From: Vicinamibacterales bacterium
Lineage (GTDB): Bacteria > Acidobacteriota > Vicinamibacteria > Vicinamibacterales > UBA8438
Assembly (NCBI GenBank): GCA_965221595.1
Contig: OZ244900.1
Location: 3,576,982-3,640,981, forward strand
Direction of reading: 5' to 3'
Length of the DNA stretch: 64,000 bases
The position numbers were made by a program, and so were the translations under genes. A model generated the notes under the pieces. It was not told the DNA's origin, ran no database searches, and saw only the letters and a program-made list of their open reading frames with translations. This document shows positions 53,754-62,318 of the stretch, piece after piece. Within the stretch, counting starts at the first letter, position 1; each line of letters starts with the position of its first letter.

Positions 53754-53874
53754 GCGTCCCCCGGGGTCGGCGCACCCGCACCAGCGTCATTCACAGGAAT
53801 CGAAATCCTGATGGCTGCGAATCAACTCGCGCAGGCCCGGGAAGGCTGGCCACTGATCGCTGCGACGCAGACTC

Positions 53875-54345
53875 CTACGGCGCCCGGAACGTGTCCGGCA
53901 GGATCGACTGGAACTGCAGGCCCCATCTGCCGTCCTGCTGCGTGATGATGAACAGCGACGGAACGGTGCGGTAGGGCGTGCCGTCCGGGCGGCGGCGGCT
54001 GAACACCACCTCGAAGTGCACCTTGTCGGCGGCCACCTGCAGGGGCTCGGCGCGATCGATGGTGCTGTGGTCCCAACCTTCCGTCTGCCGGAGACGCGCG
54101 AAGTCGGTCACGACGTCGGCGGGACCTTCCCGCACGGTGACCTGCCCGTTGCGACCCAGGCTGAGCCGCGGGTAGTTGCAGGCTGCGGCGATGGCCTCGT
54201 TGTCCTCGGCGTTCCAGGCGCGGAAGTACTCGTCGAGCGCCGCCCGTGCGTCTTCCAGCGGGTCCTGTGCCGCTGCCGACACCGGCACCGCCATGGCGAC
54301 GGCGACGGCGACGGCGAGCCCCGCGACCAACCTGAGCTTGCCCAT
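53875..54345 (-). CDS. secreted SnoaL-like/DUF4440 (NTF2-fold) protein
   Basis: 156 aa with a signal peptide. LDEYFRAWNAEDNEAI is typical of the SnoaL-like N-terminal helix. Confidence 0.7.
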   Translation of the reverse strand: MGKLRLVAGLAVAVAVAMAVPVSAAAQDPLEDARAALDEYFRAWNAEDNEAIAAACNYPRLSLGRNGQVTVREGPADVVTDFARLRQTEGWDHSTIDRAEPLQVAADKVHFEVVFSRRRPDGTPYRTVPSLFIITQQDGRWGLQFQSILPDTFRAP

Positions 54346-54363
54346 GGGATGGGTCCTCTCCTG

Positions 54364-55326
54364 TCAGAAGATGGCGACTGGTACCACGGTCGATCCGGTG
54401 GCGCCCTGGAGCTTGAGCGGCTGCACGACGAAGGCGAACTCGTGCACCCCGGCCGCAGCCAGCTCGTCCAGGCGCATGCGCTCGACGAGGTGGATGCCGT
54501 GGACGACGAGCATCATCTGGTGAATCGGCAGCGAGACATCCGGGTCGGGGTTGGGCGAGACCTCGATCGGCTGGTTGTCCGCGCCGAGCAGCATGGGATC
54601 GTGTTCCACGAGCCACTCGGCCGCCGCGACGCCGATACCCGGGTTCGTCGCCATGAAGCGCTCGGCGTCCGTATCCCAGAGCACGCCCCAGCCAGTGTGG
54701 ATCAGCACGGCGTCGCCGGGCTCGAGGGCCACGCCCTGCCGGTCGAGCGCCTGCTGCAGGTCGTCGACCGTGATCTCGTAGCGGTCGGGCAGCATGTCGA
54801 CGCCCTTGAGCGCCGCCACGTCGATCAGCACGCCGCGGGTCATGAGCGTGCCGACGTTCTCGACGCCCAGTCGCGTGAAGCCGTCGCGAGTCATGACCTC
54901 GTTCTGGTCGAAGCAGTTGTAGAGGCTGTCGCCGATGGTCTGGTGGGCGAAGCCGTCGAACTGCGTGCCCACCTGGCCCATCTCGGCGACGACGAGCTCC
55001 TCGTTCGAGGCGCGGCGGTTCGTGCCGGCGGGCGGGCCGGTCGGCTTCATGTAGAGGTCGAAGTGGCGGTTGCCGAGGGGTATCGCCCCGTGCAGCACCT
55101 GCCCGAGCTCGACCACCCGTCCGGTGCGGATCAGGCCCGCCGCTCGCAGCACGGTTTCGGGCCCCATGTGGTTGGCGGCACCCCGCTCGTCGCCCGCCCC
55201 CCACTTGCTGGGGCAGCGCTCGTCGGGCGGCGGCGGCGACCACGACTGCGCCGCGGCGGGTGCGCCGACCGCGAAGGTGAGCGCGGCCGAGGCGAGGGTG
55301 ACGGCGGCCGAGGTAGTGAATCGCAT
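54364..55326 (-). CDS. cyclase-family protein (kynurenine formamidase-like)
   Basis: Part of ORF 54364..55386. ATG 55326 has a GGGAGGA SD and is followed by a signal peptide. Cyclase-family features include GTQFDGFAH and LIHTGWG. Confidence 0.8.
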   Translation of the reverse strand: MRFTTSAAVTLASAALTFAVGAPAAAQSWSPPPPDERCPSKWGAGDERGAANHMGPETVLRAAGLIRTGRVVELGQVLHGAIPLGNRHFDLYMKPTGPPAGTNRRASNEELVVAEMGQVGTQFDGFAHQTIGDSLYNCFDQNEVMTRDGFTRLGVENVGTLMTRGVLIDVAALKGVDMLPDRYEITVDDLQQALDRQGVALEPGDAVLIHTGWGVLWDTDAERFMATNPGIGVAAAEWLVEHDPMLLGADNQPIEVSPNPDPDVSLPIHQMMLVVHGIHLVERMRLDELAAAGVHEFAFVVQPLKLQGATGSTVVPVAIF

Positions 55327-55355
55327 GCCTTCCTCCCTGAATGGTCGGGCCCTGG

Positions 55356-55422
55356 CTGGCAGCCCGTGGCAATAGTCCCCGCCCATCGCGGTGCGACGCG
55401 GGGTTTCACCAAGGGCTGCTAG
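55356..55422 (+). repeat. short copy D of the dispersed repeat (both ends retained, about 95-nt centre missing)
   Basis: ctggcagcccgtggcaatagtccccgc-ccat-cgcggtgcgacgcggggtttcaccaagggctgctag. Confidence 0.7.
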
Positions 55423-55461
55423 AGTCTAAACTACCCGGCCATTCGCAGGGGCGGGCGGCGT

Positions 55462-55491
55462 TTGACAGTCTCGCGGCGGCTGCACTAAGGT
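55462..55491 (+). promoter_or_regulatory. promoter candidate of the his leader/operon
   Basis: TTGACA (55462-67), 18 nt, TAAGGT (55486-91). Confidence 0.5.
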
Positions 55492-55501
55492 ACGCGGCAG
55501 C

Positions 55502-55570
55502 ATGCGGTGCCCAGACCACCATTCGGATCATCATCGGCCGCGACATGGCGGGCACAGGTGGTGCGCGTGA
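55502..55570 (+). CDS. hisL: candidate his-operon leader peptide (22 codons, 6 His)
   Basis: MRCPDHHSDHHRPRHGGHRWCA*. It starts 10 nt after the -10 box and ends 40 nt before an intrinsic terminator that precedes hisI. Confidence 0.45.
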   Translation: MRCPDHHSDHHRPRHGGHRWCA

Positions 55571-55609
55571 GCTGAGGCGAGAGAATCGGGATTGTTGGCG
55601 CACCACACG

Positions 55610-55640
55610 GCCTCGCCGAACATCCGGCGAGGCTTTTTTT
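55610..55640 (+). terminator. rho-independent terminator/attenuator upstream of hisI
   Basis: GCCTCGCC-gaacatcc-GGCGAGGC (8 bp) is followed by TTTTTTT. It lies 21 nt before ATG 55662. Confidence 0.75.
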
Positions 55641-55661
55641 GTTGCGCGCGGAGACCACGCG

Positions 55662-55994
55662 ATGAACTTTTCGAAACTCGACGGGCTGATTCCAGCGGTC
55701 ATCCAGGACGACGAGACCAACGAGGTGTTGATGGTGGGCTTCATGAACCAGCAGGCACTAGACCGTACCACCGCCTCGGGGTTCGCCACGTTCTTCAGCC
55801 GCACCCGCAACACGCTCTGGACGAAGGGCGAGACCTCGGGCAACCGACTGCAGGTGATACGCATCCTGACCGACTGCGACGACGACACGGTGCTGGTGCG
55901 CGTCAAGCGCCTCGGGGAGGGCAACGTCTGCCACACGGGGACGCGCTCCTGCTTCGTCCGCGATCTCGATGCCGCCGCGGTGAGCGTGTCATGA
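55662..55994 (+). CDS. hisI: phosphoribosyl-AMP cyclohydrolase
   Basis: 110 aa: [25 protein letters not shown]...TKGETSGN...DCDDDTVLV...CHTGTRSCF. There is no fused HisE domain. Confidence 0.9.
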   Translation: MNFSKLDGLIPAVIQDDETNEVLMVGFMNQQALDRTTASGFATFFSRTRNTLWTKGETSGNRLQVIRILTDCDDDTVLVRVKRLGEGNVCHTGTRSCFVRDLDAAAVSVS

Positions 55995-56872
55995 AGCTGC
56001 GGCTTGGACTCCCCAAGGGGTCGCTGCAGGACTCCACCGTGCAGCTCTTCGCACGGGCGGGCTTCAACATCTACATCAGCCCGCGCTCGTACTTCCCCAC
56101 CATCGACGATCCGGAGATCGAGTGCACGCTGATCCGCGCCCAGGAGATGGCGCGCTACGTGGCCGTCGACGCGGTCGACGCCGGGCTGACCGGACAGGAC
56201 TGGATTGCCGAGCATCAGGCGGCTACCGGCGACCGGGTCGTCACCATCGCGGACCTGATCTACTCGAAGCAGAGCTTCCGCAAGGTCCGCTGGGTGCTGG
56301 CAGTGCCCGAGGATGCCCGCTTCCGCACGCCGGAGGACCTGGAGGGGGCCACCATCGCAACCGAACTGGTGCGCGCCACCGAGTCGTACTTCGCTGCCCG
56401 GAACGTGCGGGTCAACGTCGAGTTTTCCTGGGGGGCGACCGAGGTGAAGCCGCCGGAGTTGGCCGACGCCATCGTGGAAGCGACCGAGACGGGCTCGACG
56501 CTGCGCGCCAACCACTTGCGCATCATCGACACGATCCTGGAATCGAACCCGCAGCTCATCGCCAGCGAGGCCGCCGCCGCCGATCCGTGGAAGCGGCAGA
56601 AGCTCGACAACATCGCGCTGCTGCTCAGGGCCGGCATCGAGGCGCAGGAGCGCGTGGGGCTGATGCTCAACGTGCAACGGGCCGACCTGAGCGGCATCCT
56701 GACCCTGCTGCCGGCGCTGCAGCGTCCGACCGTGGCGCCGCTGAGCGACGACGATTGGGTGTCCATCAACACGGTGCTCGACGAGCGCACCGTGCGCGAG
56801 CTGATCCCCAAGCTGAAGGCCGCGGGCGGCCACGGCATCGTGGAGTATCCTCTGAGCAAGATCGTGCTCTAG
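55991..56872 (+). CDS. hisG: ATP phosphoribosyltransferase (long form)
   Basis: [25 protein letters not shown]... plus the C-terminal regulatory domain. The start overlaps the hisI stop as ATGA. Confidence 0.9.
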   Translation: MKLRLGLPKGSLQDSTVQLFARAGFNIYISPRSYFPTIDDPEIECTLIRAQEMARYVAVDAVDAGLTGQDWIAEHQAATGDRVVTIADLIYSKQSFRKVRWVLAVPEDARFRTPEDLEGATIATELVRATESYFAARNVRVNVEFSWGATEVKPPELADAIVEATETGSTLRANHLRIIDTILESNPQLIASEAAAADPWKRQKLDNIALLLRAGIEAQERVGLMLNVQRADLSGILTLLPALQRPTVAPLSDDDWVSINTVLDERTVRELIPKLKAAGGHGIVEYPLSKIVL

Positions 56873-56913
56873 TCCGCCCGCGCAACGGCGCGGACTCGGC
56901 CCTGCGAACCGGT

Positions 56914-58149
56914 ATGCAGGTCACCTCCTCTTCCAACGCACGCACCCGGCGGCGGCTGCTCGACCGGCAGCAGGCGTCCGACCCGGACGTGGCCCGGCGC
57001 GTCGCCCGCATCGTCGCGGGCGTCAGGCGTCGCGGCGACGCCGCGCTCGGCGATTACGTCCGGCGGCTCGACGGCTGGAGCGGGCCGCTCGAGGTCCCGC
57101 CCGACGAGATGCGCCAGGTCGCAGCGGATGTGCCGCCGGCCGTTCGGCGCGCCCTCAAGGCCGCCGCCCGGCACCTGCGGCGCATCGCCAAGCGGCAGGT
57201 GCCGCAGGGCTGGAGGGTGTCCACGGCGCCCGGCGTCGTCGTCGAGCAGCGCGTCACGCCGCTCGGGCGCGTCGGCTGCTACGTGCCGGGCGGACGCTAC
57301 CCGCTGCCATCGTCGCTGCTGATGACGGCGATCCCGGCCCGCGTCGCCGGCGTGGCCGAGGTGATCGCCGCCAGCCCGAGCCTCGATCCGACCGTCTGCG
57401 CGGCCGCGTTGGAGGCGGGCGTGTCGCGGCTGTTCCGGATGGGCGGCGCGCACGCGGTCGCCGCGCTGGCGTACGGGACGGCGACGGTGCCGCGAGTCGA
57501 GAAGATTGTCGGCCCCGGCAACGTCTGGGTCGCCGCCGCGAAGGCGCTCGTCGCGACCGACTGCCCCATCGACTTTCTGGCCGGGCCGACCGAGATCGTC
57601 ATCGTGGCGAGCGAGGGCAACGCGGCGTGGCTCGCGGCCGACCTGGTGGCGCAGGCCGAGCACGATCCGGACGCACGCGCCGTGCTGCTGACGCCCGCTG
57701 CGGACCTGGCGCGCGCTGTGGCGCGCGAGGTCGATCGCCAGCTCGCCGAGCATCCCGCGGCACGGCCGTCCATCGAGAGCCACGGCCTGGCGGTGGTCAC
57801 CGCCAGCCTGGACGAGGCCGTCGAGCTGGCCAACGAGATCGCCCCGGAGCACGCGGTCTGCGACCTGGAGACGGTCGCGCAACGCCTCACGCGGGCCGGC
57901 ACCGTCTTCGTCGGCGCCTACGGTGCGCAGGCGGCGGGCGACTACGCCACGGGTTCGAACCACGTCCTGCCCACCGGTGGCGCGGCCCGGTTCCGCGGCG
58001 GCCTCGGCGCGGCCGACTTCGTGCGCGTCGGCAGCGTCCAGCGCCTGACGGGCCCGGGACTCCGCCGGCTGGCGCCCACCATCATCTCGCTGGCCAACGC
58101 GGAGGGCCTGACGGCCCACGCGGCATCGGTCGCCGTCAGGCTGCGATGA
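56914..58149 (+). CDS. hisD: histidinol dehydrogenase
   Basis: Part of ORF 56122..58149. Motifs are [23 protein letters not shown] and [13 protein letters not shown]. Confidence 0.9.
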   Translation: MQVTSSSNARTRRRLLDRQQASDPDVARRVARIVAGVRRRGDAALGDYVRRLDGWSGPLEVPPDEMRQVAADVPPAVRRALKAAARHLRRIAKRQVPQGWRVSTAPGVVVEQRVTPLGRVGCYVPGGRYPLPSSLLMTAIPARVAGVAEVIAASPSLDPTVCAAALEAGVSRLFRMGGAHAVAALAYGTATVPRVEKIVGPGNVWVAAAKALVATDCPIDFLAGPTEIVIVASEGNAAWLAADLVAQAEHDPDARAVLLTPAADLARAVAREVDRQLAEHPAARPSIESHGLAVVTASLDEAVELANEIAPEHAVCDLETVAQRLTRAGTVFVGAYGAQAAGDYATGSNHVLPTGGAARFRGGLGAADFVRVGSVQRLTGPGLRRLAPTIISLANAEGLTAHAASVAVRLR

Positions 58150-58745
58150 GCGCGCCGGCCCGCCGCGCCCGGATCGACCGCCGCACCCGCGAGACACGCA
58201 TCGCCCTGCAGCTCGACCTCGACGGCCGGGGAGAATTCGAGGTGCGCACCGGCATCCGCTTCCTGGATCACATGCTGGAGCTGGTGGCGCGGCACGGCGT
58301 CATGGACTTGACGCTGGACGCGCAGGGCGACCTCGACGTCGATCAGCACCACACCGTCGAGGACGTCGGCATTGCGCTCGGCGAGGCGGTGAGCCGGGCG
58401 CTGGGGTCGCGGCGCGGGATCAACCGCGCGGGCTACTTCGTCATGCCGATGGACGAGACGCTCGGCGTGGCCGCCCTCGATCTCGGCGGGCGCGTGCACA
58501 CGGTCGTGGACTTGCGCGTGCGCGCGCGGCTCGTGGGCGACCTGCAGACCGAGCTGGTGACCGACTTCTTCGAGGGGTTCGCCCAGGGCGCGCGGGCCAA
58601 CGTGCACCTCAAGGTGCTCTACGGCCGCTCCAGCCACCATAAGGTGGAGGCGGTCTTCAAGGCGTTCGCGCGCGCACTGCGCGTGGCCTGCTCGCGCGAC
58701 CGCCAGCTCGGCGAGAGCCTGCCCAGCACGAAGGGACTGCTGTGA
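58146..58745 (+). CDS. hisB: imidazoleglycerol-phosphate dehydratase
   Basis: [15 protein letters not shown]...GIRFLDHML...[12 protein letters not shown]...SSHHKVEA. The start overlaps the hisD stop as ATGA. Confidence 0.9.
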   Translation: MSAPARRARIDRRTRETRIALQLDLDGRGEFEVRTGIRFLDHMLELVARHGVMDLTLDAQGDLDVDQHHTVEDVGIALGEAVSRALGSRRGINRAGYFVMPMDETLGVAALDLGGRVHTVVDLRVRARLVGDLQTELVTDFFEGFAQGARANVHLKVLYGRSSHHKVEAVFKAFARALRVACSRDRQLGESLPSTKGLL

Positions 58746-58755
58746 GATCGGCACG

Positions 58756-59373
58756 ATGATTGCCTTGATCGACTACGGCGCCGGGAACCTGACGTCGGTC
58801 AGGAAGGCCCTGCGGCATCTCGGCGCGCCGTTCGCGACGCCTGGCTCGCCGGCCGAGCTGGCCGGCCTGTCGGCGGTCATCGTGCCAGGCGTCGGGAACT
58901 TCGAAGCCACGGCGGCCCTCGCACCGGACTGGCGCGCGGCCATCGCCGATGCCGTAGGACACGGCACCCCGTTGCTGGGCATCTGCCTGGGCCTGCAGTG
59001 GCTCTTCGAAGGCAGCGAGGAGGCCCCGCGCGTGGGCGGACTGGCGACGATGCCCGGCACCTGCGCGCTGCTTCGCGGCGACGACTACGACGGCTTCGGC
59101 CGGTTCAAGGTGCCGCACGTAGGCTGGAACAGCCTGCACCGCACGCGTGACTCGTGGCTGCTCGCGGGCGTGCGCGAGGGCGATCAGGTCTACTTCACGC
59201 ACTCGTACGCCGCGCCGGTCACCGCCGATTGCGTGGCCTCGACGCGCTACGGCGTCGATTTCGCCAGCGCCGTCCAGCGGGACCACGTCGCGGGCGTTCA
59301 GTTCCACCCCGAGAAGTCGGGCGCGGTCGGCCTGCGCATCCTCGGCAATTTCCTCGCGCGGGTGCCGGCGTGA
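58756..59373 (+). CDS. hisH: imidazole glycerol phosphate synthase, glutamine amidotransferase subunit
   Basis: 205 aa: MIALIDYGAGNLTSVRKAL...GICLGLQ...HVGWN...FHPEKS. Confidence 0.9.
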   Translation: MIALIDYGAGNLTSVRKALRHLGAPFATPGSPAELAGLSAVIVPGVGNFEATAALAPDWRAAIADAVGHGTPLLGICLGLQWLFEGSEEAPRVGGLATMPGTCALLRGDDYDGFGRFKVPHVGWNSLHRTRDSWLLAGVREGDQVYFTHSYAAPVTADCVASTRYGVDFASAVQRDHVAGVQFHPEKSGAVGLRILGNFLARVPA

Positions 59374-59404
59374 AGGCCGATCTTCCCGCGCGCCTGTGAT
59401 TGCG

Positions 59405-60160
59405 ATGCTCTCCAAACGCATCATCGCGTGCCTCGATGTCCGCGACGGCCAGGTCGTCAAGGGCATCAATTTCGAGGGGCTGCGCTCGGCCGGCGACCCG
59501 GCCGCGCTGGCGCGGCGCTACAACCGCGAGGGCATCGACGAGGTGGTCATCCTCGATGTCACCGCGACCATCGAGAAGCGCAAGGCCATGGCCCGCACCA
59601 TCCGGGCGGTGGCCCAGGAGATCTTCTTGCCGCTCTGCGTCGGGGGCGGCATCAACGACGAGGCGCACGCGGACGCGGCCATCGAAGCCGGCGCCGACAA
59701 GGTGAGCCTGAACACCGCCGCCATCGCCCGCCCCGAGCTGCTGACGGCCCTGGCCCGGCGCTACGGCAGTCAGGCCGTCATCGTGGCCATCGACGCGAAG
59801 CGCGAGGGCGGCGACTTCCGCATTTACGTCCGCAGCGGCCGGCAGGCCACGGAGCGCGACGCCGTCGAGTGGGCCCGCGAGGCGGCCGACCGCGGCGCGG
59901 GCGAGGTCCTGCTGACCTCGATCGATCGCGACGGGACGAAGAGCGGGTTCGACTGCGAGCTGACGGCGGCGGTCTCCGAGGCCGTCTCCATTCCGGTCAT
60001 CGCCTCCGGCGGGGCCGGTACGTTCGATCACTTCGTGGACGTGTTCAAGGCAGGCCGGGCCGACGCCGCGCTGGCCGCGTCCATCTTCCACTATGCCGAG
60101 CGCGCGGTCGTCGACCTCAAGCAACACCTGGCAGCGCGGGGCATACCGGTCAGGCACTGA
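59405..60160 (+). CDS. hisF: imidazole glycerol phosphate synthase, cyclase subunit
   Basis: [22 protein letters not shown]...GADKVS.NTAA...[10 protein letters not shown]...ASGGAG. Confidence 0.9.
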   Translation: MLSKRIIACLDVRDGQVVKGINFEGLRSAGDPAALARRYNREGIDEVVILDVTATIEKRKAMARTIRAVAQEIFLPLCVGGGINDEAHADAAIEAGADKVSLNTAAIARPELLTALARRYGSQAVIVAIDAKREGGDFRIYVRSGRQATERDAVEWAREAADRGAGEVLLTSIDRDGTKSGFDCELTAAVSEAVSIPVIASGGAGTFDHFVDVFKAGRADAALAASIFHYAERAVVDLKQHLAARGIPVRH

Positions 60161-60168
60161 CGCCTGCG

Positions 60169-60861
60169 ATGCTCATACCTTCCATCGACCTCAAGGGCGG
60201 CCAGGTCGTGCAGCTCATCCAGGGCGAGCGGCCCGCCCTTGCGACGGACGACATCGCGGCCTGGGTGCGCAGGTTCCAGGGCTTCCCCCGCGTGCAACTC
60301 ATCGACCTCGACGCCGCCCTGGGCTCCGGCACCAACGACCCGCTCGTGCGGCACATCGCGCCGCAGCTCCCCTGCCGCGTCGGCGGCGGGATCCGCAGCG
60401 TCGAACGTGCCCGCGCCGTGCTCGACTACGGCGCCACGGCGGTCATCGTCGGCTCGTCCCTGTTTCGCGCCGGCCGGCCCGATCCGGCCTTCGCCGCAGC
60501 GCTCGCCGCGGCGGTCGGACGCGAGCGGATCATCGCCGCGGTCGACAGCAAGGGCGGCCAGGTGGTCGTCAAGGGCTGGACGCAACGGGCGGGGCTGACC
60601 GCGGTGGACGCGGTCAGGCAGCTCGAGCCGTACTGCGACGAGTTCCTCTACACGCACGTCGACAAGGAGGGGCTGATGCAGGGCACGGACCTGGACGCGA
60701 TCATGGCGGTGCGGCGCGCGACGAGCCGGCGGCTCACGGCGGCCGGCGGCATCACGACGCAGGCCGAGATCGACGCGCTCGATGCGGAGGGGATCGACGC
60801 CGTCGTCGGCATGGCCATCTACACGGGCCGGCTGCCGATCCCGGACATGTCCGTAGACTGA
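60169..60861 (+). CDS. hisA: ProFAR isomerase (HisA family)
   Basis: MLIPSIDLKGGQVVQL.QG...GGGIRS...VDKEGLMQG.D...GGI....I..L...G.D.VVGMA. Confidence 0.85.
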   Translation: MLIPSIDLKGGQVVQLIQGERPALATDDIAAWVRRFQGFPRVQLIDLDAALGSGTNDPLVRHIAPQLPCRVGGGIRSVERARAVLDYGATAVIVGSSLFRAGRPDPAFAAALAAAVGRERIIAAVDSKGGQVVVKGWTQRAGLTAVDAVRQLEPYCDEFLYTHVDKEGLMQGTDLDAIMAVRRATSRRLTAAGGITTQAEIDALDAEGIDAVVGMAIYTGRLPIPDMSVD

Positions 60862-60864
60862 ACG

Positions 60865-62310
60865 ATGCGCGGCACGACGGGGATCCGGCGCCCGCGGCCC
60901 GGCGGCTGGGTGTGGCTGCTGGCCCGGCTCGGGGTGCGCACGTTCTATCGGATCGAGCGCATCGGGGAGCCGCTGCCCGCGGGCGCGCTGCTGCTCGTCG
61001 CGAACCATCCCAATACGCTCCTGGATCCCGCGCTCATCCAGGCGACTGCCGGACGCCCGGTCCGCTTCCTGGCCAAGTCCACGCTCTTCGCCGGCCATCT
61101 GCTGAGCCCGCTCATCCGCCGCTCCGGCGCCATCCCCGTCTATCGGAAGATCGATCCCGGGGCGGACACCGCCCGCAACGTGGAGATGTTCGCAGCCGTC
61201 GCGGCGGCCCTGCGGGGCGGCGAGGTCGTCTGCCTGTTTCCCGAGGGCATCAGTCACTCCGGCGGGCGGCTCGAGCCGCTCCGGACCGGCGCCGCCCGGA
61301 TGGTACTGACCAGCACCGCCGCCGGCCACCCAGTAACCATCGTGCCGATCGGCCTCAACTTCGACCACATCGCGAGGTTCCGCTCACGGGTCACCGCGGT
61401 CTTCGGCCGGCCGTTCGATGCCGGTGAGTACCTCGCGCTGCATGCCGCCGACGATGCCGCCGCCGTGCACCAGTTGACCGCGCGGATCGCGCAGCGCCTG
61501 CGGCGCCTGATGGTCGAGGCGGAGCCGCATCACGACCTGCCGATCGTCGTGCGCATCGACCGCCTCTACGCCGCGGCGCGCGGCGTCTCCCGCGACCCGC
61601 GCGAGCAGCTCGCGCGGCGCCGGCTGATTGCCGACGGCATGTTCCGGCTCCGGGAACGGGATCCGGAACGCCTGGCCACCATCACGACGCGCGTCAACGA
61701 CTATGACGCCAGCCTCACCCGCTTCGGGTTGCGCGAGGGCGACGTAGGGCGCCGCATCCCGTTTGCGACCGCAGCTCGCTTCGTGGCCCGCGAGGGGCTG
61801 CTGGCACTGGTCCTCGCACCCCTCGCGCTGGCGGGCCTCACGGTGTTCGCCGCGCCGTACTGGGTCACCGGGCGGATCAACCGATGGACGTCCGATCTGG
61901 AGAGTCGTGCCACCTGGCAAGTGATCGGCGGGGCCCTGATCTACGGTGCGTGGATTGGCGCGCTGGGCGGCGTGGCCGCGGCCCGGATCGGTGTGGCCGC
62001 CGGGGGCGCCACTACCGCCGGCCTGCTCGCCCTCGCTTTCGCCGGGGTTCACGCTGTCGAACGCGAGGCGGCCGTGATGCGCACGGTGCGCGCCTTCTTC
62101 GCACTCCGCCGGACGCCGCCGGCCGCCCGCGCCGCGCTGCGCCGCCAGCGCGCCGCCCTGGCGGCGGTCCTGGACCAGACCCACGAATGGCTGGAGTCCG
62201 GCGCGTCCGGAGCGCCAACGGCCGGGACTCCGTGCCGCGGCACGGCGCGGAGTCCTGAAGGACTGGCTGGACGCCCGACGGAGCCGCCAGGCGCCGCTGC
62301 GGCGGACTAG
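60865..62310 (+). CDS. lysophospholipid (1-acyl-sn-glycerol-3-phosphate) acyltransferase-family protein with a C-terminal membrane domain
   Basis: 481 aa. The acyltransferase H-x4-D motif is NHPNTLLD, with FPEG further on. Hydrophobic helices lie in the C-terminal third. Confidence 0.8.
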   Translation: MRGTTGIRRPRPGGWVWLLARLGVRTFYRIERIGEPLPAGALLLVANHPNTLLDPALIQATAGRPVRFLAKSTLFAGHLLSPLIRRSGAIPVYRKIDPGADTARNVEMFAAVAAALRGGEVVCLFPEGISHSGGRLEPLRTGAARMVLTSTAAGHPVTIVPIGLNFDHIARFRSRVTAVFGRPFDAGEYLALHAADDAAAVHQLTARIAQRLRRLMVEAEPHHDLPIVVRIDRLYAAARGVSRDPREQLARRRLIADGMFRLRERDPERLATITTRVNDYDASLTRFGLREGDVGRRIPFATAARFVAREGLLALVLAPLALAGLTVFAAPYWVTGRINRWTSDLESRATWQVIGGALIYGAWIGALGGVAAARIGVAAGGATTAGLLALAFAGVHAVEREAAVMRTVRAFFALRRTPPAARAALRRQRAALAAVLDQTHEWLESGASGAPTAGTPCRGTARSPEGLAGRPTEPPGAAAAD

Positions 62311-62318
62311 TACCAGTA

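Noticed and set aside
49285-53874. Calling the island a mobile genetic element or prophage
   Set aside because: No integrase, transposase, tRNA target, terminal inverted repeats or flanking direct repeats could be found by eye. I report it as an accessory-looking island only.
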